Assembly (NCBI GenBank): GCA_964645535.1 | Contig: CAZYCQ010000017.1 | Span: forward strand, 1 to 50,423 | Length of the DNA stretch: 50,423 nucleotides | Direction of reading: 5' to 3' | From: an uncultured archaeon | GTDB lineage: Archaea > Asgardarchaeota > Heimdallarchaeia > Heimdallarchaeales > Kariarchaeaceae | Notes under the pieces: model-generated | The model's input: only the letters and a program-made list of their open reading frames with translations | The model's database searches: none | Told to the model about the DNA's origin: nothing | In this document: positions 45,513-50,423 of the stretch, one piece after another | How positions within the stretch are numbered: the first letter of the stretch is position 1 | Layout of the letters: every line of letters begins with the position of its first letter | Made by a program: the position numbers and the translations under genes

Positions 45513-45555
45513 CCCGGAAAATAATGCTAAAAAAATGTCGACTCAGTAAGAATCA

Positions 45556-47646
45556 ATGGCAAAATCTTCTCCAACTTTGAAGATTGATTCAATTGAAAAT
45601 CCTATCGAGGGTAAAGTAAACTTCGTAAACGTATTTCATTTTCATCAGCCCATTGGTCAGTTTCATTCTGTCTTTGAGGAAGGATTTCGACTTTCATACG
45701 ATCCTTTGATCTCTACCTTGGAGGAACATCCTGGTGTAAAGGCCGGAATCCATATCACAGGTCCTCTTCTAGAATGGCTCATCACCAACCGTCCTGCATT
45801 CATTGAACGATTGAAACGATTGATCAACAGAAACCAGATTGAAATGATTGGTGGGGGATATTATGAGCCAATACTTGCAGTGATCCCAAATGAAGACCGA
45901 GTTGCCCAACTTAAACTACTCTCAGATAAAATTGAAGAGATTTTTGGTGTCCGCCCAAGAGGAACATGGCTTGCTGAAAGGGCTTGGGAACCAAGCCTTG
46001 TCAATTCAATCGTAGAAGCTGGATTGGAATTCATTTTCATCGACGATTTTCATATTAAAAATGCCGGTATATTCGAACCTGACATCCATCATACCTTCAA
46101 TACTGAGGATCAAGGAAAATCTGTAATCATCTTTCCGATTAATGAATCTATCCGGTATCTGGTCCCATGGAAAGAACCTGAAGAGATTTTCAACTATCTT
46201 TCTTCTCAAATCCAATTGGCTGCTGAAAAAAGCCAAAGCAATGAAGTCGATGAATCACTTCTGATTACCAATATTGATGATGCAGAAAAGTTGGGAATGT
46301 GGCCAAAAACGTTTGATAGGGTGTATGGATCTGTTGATGATCACCCCTCTTGGATACAGCAATGGTTTCATCTGACCGAGAATATTCCTTGGGTGAACAG
46401 TCTTCTGCCGTCTGAGTACGTTGACAAGTTTAGGCCACATGGCCTTGTTTACCTTCCCACCGCTTCTTATGACAAAATGGGCGTCTGGGCCCTCCCTACC
46501 CCCGCAAGAAAGGAACTTGAAGCGCTCCAAAAATTACTGAAATCGGGTGCAATCATTGAAAAACAACATCAATCCTTGAATACAGTGTTCCTTAAATTCT
46601 TGAAGGGGTCCTTCTGGAGAAACTTTTTGGTCAAATATCCTGAATCCAATGCCATGCACAAAAGGATGCTTTACTCACGAAAAAAACTTGAAAAGGCAAT
46701 TCAATTGGTGGGACAGACTTCTAACCTTGATGTTGCTTATCGATATATTCTGGCCGCCCAATGCAATGATGTATATTGGCATGGACAATTCGGTGGTCTT
46801 TACTTCTACTTCCTGAGATATTGGACCTTTCGTTATCTATTGAAAGCAGACCGGATCATAGAACCATTGATCTCTGAAAATTATAGTGATGCAAAAATTA
46901 TTGATTACGACTTTGATGGAACTGACGATGTGATTCTTGAAAACCGGTTCCTTTCAGTCTTCATAAATCCATCTCCCTCATTTTCGCTGGCTGAGCTGGA
47001 TTTCAAACCTACTGTTTCCAATCTTATCACTACTTTAAGAAGGGTGCCAGAATCTTATCATCCTGATGGTTTGACCTATGACCTTTGGCGCAAAAATGCA
47101 TTTATCGATTTCATCTTGGAGTCCATATCGCTAGAAGAATTCCTCGAGAAAAAAACCGCACAATCAATTAGACTTGCCCAATTTAACCCTTCCTCGATGG
47201 AGATACACCCTTCCTCTCTTAGTGCCCAAGCCACAGGGACTTGGGGGCTTAAATCATACTCAATCTTGGACAATAGATTGTCTGTTCATTATCATCGTAT
47301 ACCAAAATTTGGTGTAATTGAGATTAATTTGACTTTAGATGATGCAGTTCAAAATATCCGAATAAACTCTAATGAATCCGAGTACGAGATTTCTGACGAA
47401 TTCTTTGAAATTCCCAAAGCAAAGTCCATCATTCTTTCCTGTTCCAATCCAATGGAGCCAAAAATCCATCTTGAAATCCCCGATGGCTGTTCCCGTTTGC
47501 TTGTCGAACCTATTTATCCGTTGTCTCTCGAAGAAGGGAAATTATTCAACACCTTTCAAGGTTTGACAATCTATCTTCACTTTACCAAAGAGGTCAAGAA
47601 TGCTCAGATTTCAATTACTGTAACTGAAAATCAATCGTCAAGTTAG
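45556..47646 (+). CDS. Cytoplasmic GH57 4-alpha-glucanotransferase/alpha-amylase
   Basis: HFHQP, GGYYEPIL, WLAERAWEP, DDAEKLG, WRNFLVKYPESN, QCNDVYWHG. Confidence 0.92.
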   Translation: MAKSSPTLKIDSIENPIEGKVNFVNVFHFHQPIGQFHSVFEEGFRLSYDPLISTLEEHPGVKAGIHITGPLLEWLITNRPAFIERLKRLINRNQIEMIGGGYYEPILAVIPNEDRVAQLKLLSDKIEEIFGVRPRGTWLAERAWEPSLVNSIVEAGLEFIFIDDFHIKNAGIFEPDIHHTFNTEDQGKSVIIFPINESIRYLVPWKEPEEIFNYLSSQIQLAAEKSQSNEVDESLLITNIDDAEKLGMWPKTFDRVYGSVDDHPSWIQQWFHLTENIPWVNSLLPSEYVDKFRPHGLVYLPTASYDKMGVWALPTPARKELEALQKLLKSGAIIEKQHQSLNTVFLKFLKGSFWRNFLVKYPESNAMHKRMLYSRKKLEKAIQLVGQTSNLDVAYRYILAAQCNDVYWHGQFGGLYFYFLRYWTFRYLLKADRIIEPLISENYSDAKIIDYDFDGTDDVILENRFLSVFINPSPSFSLAELDFKPTVSNLITTLRRVPESYHPDGLTYDLWRKNAFIDFILESISLEEFLEKKTAQSIRLAQFNPSSMEIHPSSLSAQATGTWGLKSYSILDNRLSVHYHRIPKFGVIEINLTLDDAVQNIRINSNESEYEISDEFFEIPKAKSIILSCSNPMEPKIHLEIPDGCSRLLVEPIYPLSLEEGKLFNTFQGLTIYLHFTKEVKNAQISITVTENQSSS

Positions 47647-47679
47647 GGAACCTTTATTGTTACCCTATTCAAACGTAAA

Positions 47680-48981
47680 TTGTTGAAGACGGCCATTTCA
47701 CTAGAACCTGAAGTCTTTCTACGAAATTTTGGTCTTCAGTACCAAGAAAAATATTTGGTCGAAATTGTCCATGGTGACCTTGATGAATTCGCCATTTGTA
47801 TGGTGAAGGATAATGAAGGGACTTCAGTTATAATGTGCCTGTACCGCCGAGGGAATTCTTTGTATCCGACTTTCAGATCCATTGACAAATTGAATGTTCT
47901 TTTTCCTGACCTGAATGCAGTTAGCATCTCGAAACTACCGATCGATGCAACCAACCTGCATTATCTGATCAAAACAAAAACTGGTCAGATATACCATATG
48001 AAGGAATACACTCGGACAAAGAAAGGATTTGTAGAGGCATCCGTTTCAAAAGCATTGGATGATGCCCAAATTGTCCCAAAACTTCTTTTCTCCTTCATAA
48101 TTGAAATAAATGAAGAAATGCACTGTCTTGCCTCATTGTTTGAGGAAATCACCCCTATGGATAATCTTGATGCCATGACTGGCGCTCTGTTCGATAAAGT
48201 ATTGGACAACGGGGATATTGATAGTATTTTGCAGCCTTATCTTTATTATCTTAGATCTGCCATCGCCACAATTAGAAAATTTCAAGAATCCATAAATGTC
48301 CCTGGATTGAAAAATAAGCTTAGACCATTTGCGATTTCTCTCCGCGATGAATTTGAGGCAAAATTGACACGTGTAAAAAAGTACCTCCAAAATTGGTATC
48401 AATTTCACTCACCCTTCATATCCAGTCTTGACAAATGGGAAGAAAACTTTACTGCATTTGAACAACAATCATCTGCACGTTTGCAAGAAGGCCAATTTCT
48501 GATTCACGGCGACATTTGGTGGCGCCAGTTTGTCTTTTCCGAAGATAAGGTAATATTGCTGGATATTGAAGATATAATGGTTGGAAACCCGGAATATGAC
48601 TTGGCCAGCCTGTCCTCAGGTATTGCCAATCAAATCGCGTATTTTTTTGTTGAACGGAATGCCAATTCGGAAATTGTCTCTCAATTGTGGGATAGGAGTA
48701 TGCAAACCATATTTGAAGAACTACCTTCTTTTGATTTTTCATTCTTGATTATTCGAATGATTGCAGAGCTGGATTACGCAATCTCCCATTGGAATAGTGA
48801 TCCTACCCTTCCACCAAGAAAATTACAGAAACATGTAGATTTGGTCAAGGCACTATATGATTGCAACCTGCCAATTAAAAGTGTCCCTTCCCTAAAAGAA
48901 ACAATAGATGAAACACGCTATTTTCTCATTGATTTTCTTGTATTGAGTATTCTTTCATTAATCACAAAGATAGGTAACTGA
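47680..48981 (+). CDS. APH/choline-kinase-fold phosphotransferase, maltokinase-like
   Basis: MKEY lysine, IHGDIWWRQF (cf. HGDLHLGQ), LLDIED, YDLASL; located in the alpha-glucan cluster. Confidence 0.6.
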   Translation: MLKTAISLEPEVFLRNFGLQYQEKYLVEIVHGDLDEFAICMVKDNEGTSVIMCLYRRGNSLYPTFRSIDKLNVLFPDLNAVSISKLPIDATNLHYLIKTKTGQIYHMKEYTRTKKGFVEASVSKALDDAQIVPKLLFSFIIEINEEMHCLASLFEEITPMDNLDAMTGALFDKVLDNGDIDSILQPYLYYLRSAIATIRKFQESINVPGLKNKLRPFAISLRDEFEAKLTRVKKYLQNWYQFHSPFISSLDKWEENFTAFEQQSSARLQEGQFLIHGDIWWRQFVFSEDKVILLDIEDIMVGNPEYDLASLSSGIANQIAYFFVERNANSEIVSQLWDRSMQTIFEELPSFDFSFLIIRMIAELDYAISHWNSDPTLPPRKLQKHVDLVKALYDCNLPIKSVPSLKETIDETRYFLIDFLVLSILSLITKIGN

Positions 48982-49152
48982 CTATTTACTATGAACTAAC
49001 GGAAAAAACTTTCATTAAAAAAGTGAATTGATCTATGATTTATCGAGCAGTTGAAACTTCATTCATTTTTTGTTGAATGGATGAACTGTGAGCTTTATTC
49101 TTATAAATCGAGAAAATTTTCTGAGAAGTAACTCTTTAGAGAGGTGATTTTT

Positions 49153-50423
49153 ATCAAAACAAAAACGAGCCTTATGATTTTTGTTTTTACCATCCTGATT
49201 GTAGGATCCGCAGGATTTGCATCTAGTATCCCCATACAGATTAATACTGCTGGACCTGCAAATCGTTATTATATTCCGGATGCAGATTATGATGCCTTCT
49301 ATCCGGATAAGGAATTAACCCAGATGATTGTTACAGCCAACAGTTCTGGTCTTCTGGTAAGCCTGACCAAAGATGTCATTAATGGCGGTACCATGCTCTT
49401 CATAGACACCGATCCTGGTGCTGGTACTGGATTTACAGATATGAGTGGTGCAGGCTGGTACAGGCAATTCAACTTTGCTGGTGGCTTTGGTGCAGAATAT
49501 TGGGCTGCTGGCTGGGAACAGAACCACGGAGATCTTTGGGACTCAACTCCCAGTGTGATTGATGACAACGGAGGTACCGTTGATGAGCCTGGTTATACTT
49601 TTAACTATATTTCCACAAATCAAACAAAGCAATATTACTTTACCTACGCTTTTCTCTTTGGCGCCAATGTTCCTGCCAATGCTTCCATCGGTCTTGTAGC
49701 ACTTACTGTTGGTGGAGATGGAACAAACGCACTTGATGTCATTCCTTCACAAGCGGGAATTCCTGCTGAAACTGACACTGAACTTGTCACCATTTCCCAT
49801 TTCTTGAGGATCGACATAACTGATACCGCTACCGGAAATTTAGCAGGTACCCCCGTCGTCGGCTATCTGTCAAAAGAAAGAGATAACCTCGTAGGTGGAC
49901 AACTTACCGCAGGTTCTGATCTAGTCATGGCCTTCAACGTCTGGATTCATGACGGTTCAGGCAATACAATCAATGATCATGCAAATACCAGTGGTATTGT
50001 AAGATTTGACTACACCATCAATCGCAGCAATGTTCTCACTGATTACTCAGCAACCGTCTACAAAGAATTTGGTTCAAGAGAAGGATTGGGAAGTGACAGC
50101 CACGTGGTTCGCATCCCGGGCACCATGTTCCAAGAAGGTGATGTTGTCAATTGGTCCGTTACCGCTTTGAAACCCGCATCAGACATCTCCTTTGGTGAAG
50201 TCCAAGGAAGCTTTACTGTTGCTCCTTTGCCTCCCTTTGACATTACCTATGTTGGTGGTATCTCACCAACTGGTGGTTTCGTTGCACCCAACCAAGATAT
50301 TGTAATTGTTGCACAGAACAACCTTCAATTTGCGGATGGAACTAGCATCAATGCAGACCCTAATGCAAATATTCCTGTCTTCATGGAGATCAACTATAGC
50401 TTCAACAATTCGCAGACTTGGAA
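49153..50423 (+). CDS. Secreted beta-rich protein with a DOMON/CBM9-like N-terminal domain; partial, runs off the window
   Basis: Not in the track. Open frame IKTKTSLMIFVFTILIVGSAGFA...ELTQMIVTANSSGLLV...LFIDTDPGAGTG...; start could be GTG 49144, ATC 49153 or ATG 49174. Confidence 0.75.
   Translation, partial: MKTKTSLMIFVFTILIVGSAGFASSIPIQINTAGPANRYYIPDADYDAFYPDKELTQMIVTANSSGLLVSLTKDVINGGTMLFIDTDPGAGTGFTDMSGAGWYRQFNFAGGFGAEYWAAGWEQNHGDLWDSTPSVIDDNGGTVDEPGYTFNYISTNQTKQYYFTYAFLFGANVPANASIGLVALTVGGDGTNALDVIPSQAGIPAETDTELVTISHFLRIDITDTATGNLAGTPVVGYLSKERDNLVGGQLTAGSDLVMAFNVWIHDGSGNTINDHANTSGIVRFDYTINRSNVLTDYSATVYKEFGSREGLGSDSHVVRIPGTMFQEGDVVNWSVTALKPASDISFGEVQGSFTVAPLPPFDITYVGGISPTGGFVAPNQDIVIVAQNNLQFADGTSINADPNANIPVFMEINYSFNNSQTW

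Overview
AT-rich, gene-dense archaeal chromosomal segment. It is most plausibly from an Asgard archaeon, probably Heimdallarchaeia; this is inferred from archaeal information-processing genes (Rpo6, Rpo12, aIF1, class I LysRS, thermosome, short PurA) together with eukaryotic-signature proteins (two Rab-like GTPases, a longin-type protein, a single-domain gelsolin/ProGel-like protein, a RING domain). The window holds housekeeping genes, a larB/larC/eutA cluster, a fused CbiM-CbiQ/CbiO ECF transporter, an MFS-DUF47 fusion and a ~14 kb maltodextrin/alpha-glucan cluster running off the right edge. The strongest candidate for an undescribed system is a two-gene operon (about 16865-18863) in which the usual NfeD partner of an SPFH/flotillin protein carries a C-terminal RING-type zinc finger. 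That would be a membrane-anchored putative E3 ligase paired with an SPFH scaffold, reminiscent of eukaryotic erlin-RNF170 ERAD. Reading outside the ORF track also gave Rpo12, a 57-aa Cys4 protein behind a structured leader, an N-terminal zinc ribbon reachable only from a non-canonical ATA/ATC start, a truncated TFB-like protein, and partial genes at both edges. No rRNA, tRNA, CRISPR array or mobile element was found. All family calls come from motif recognition by eye, not from database searches.
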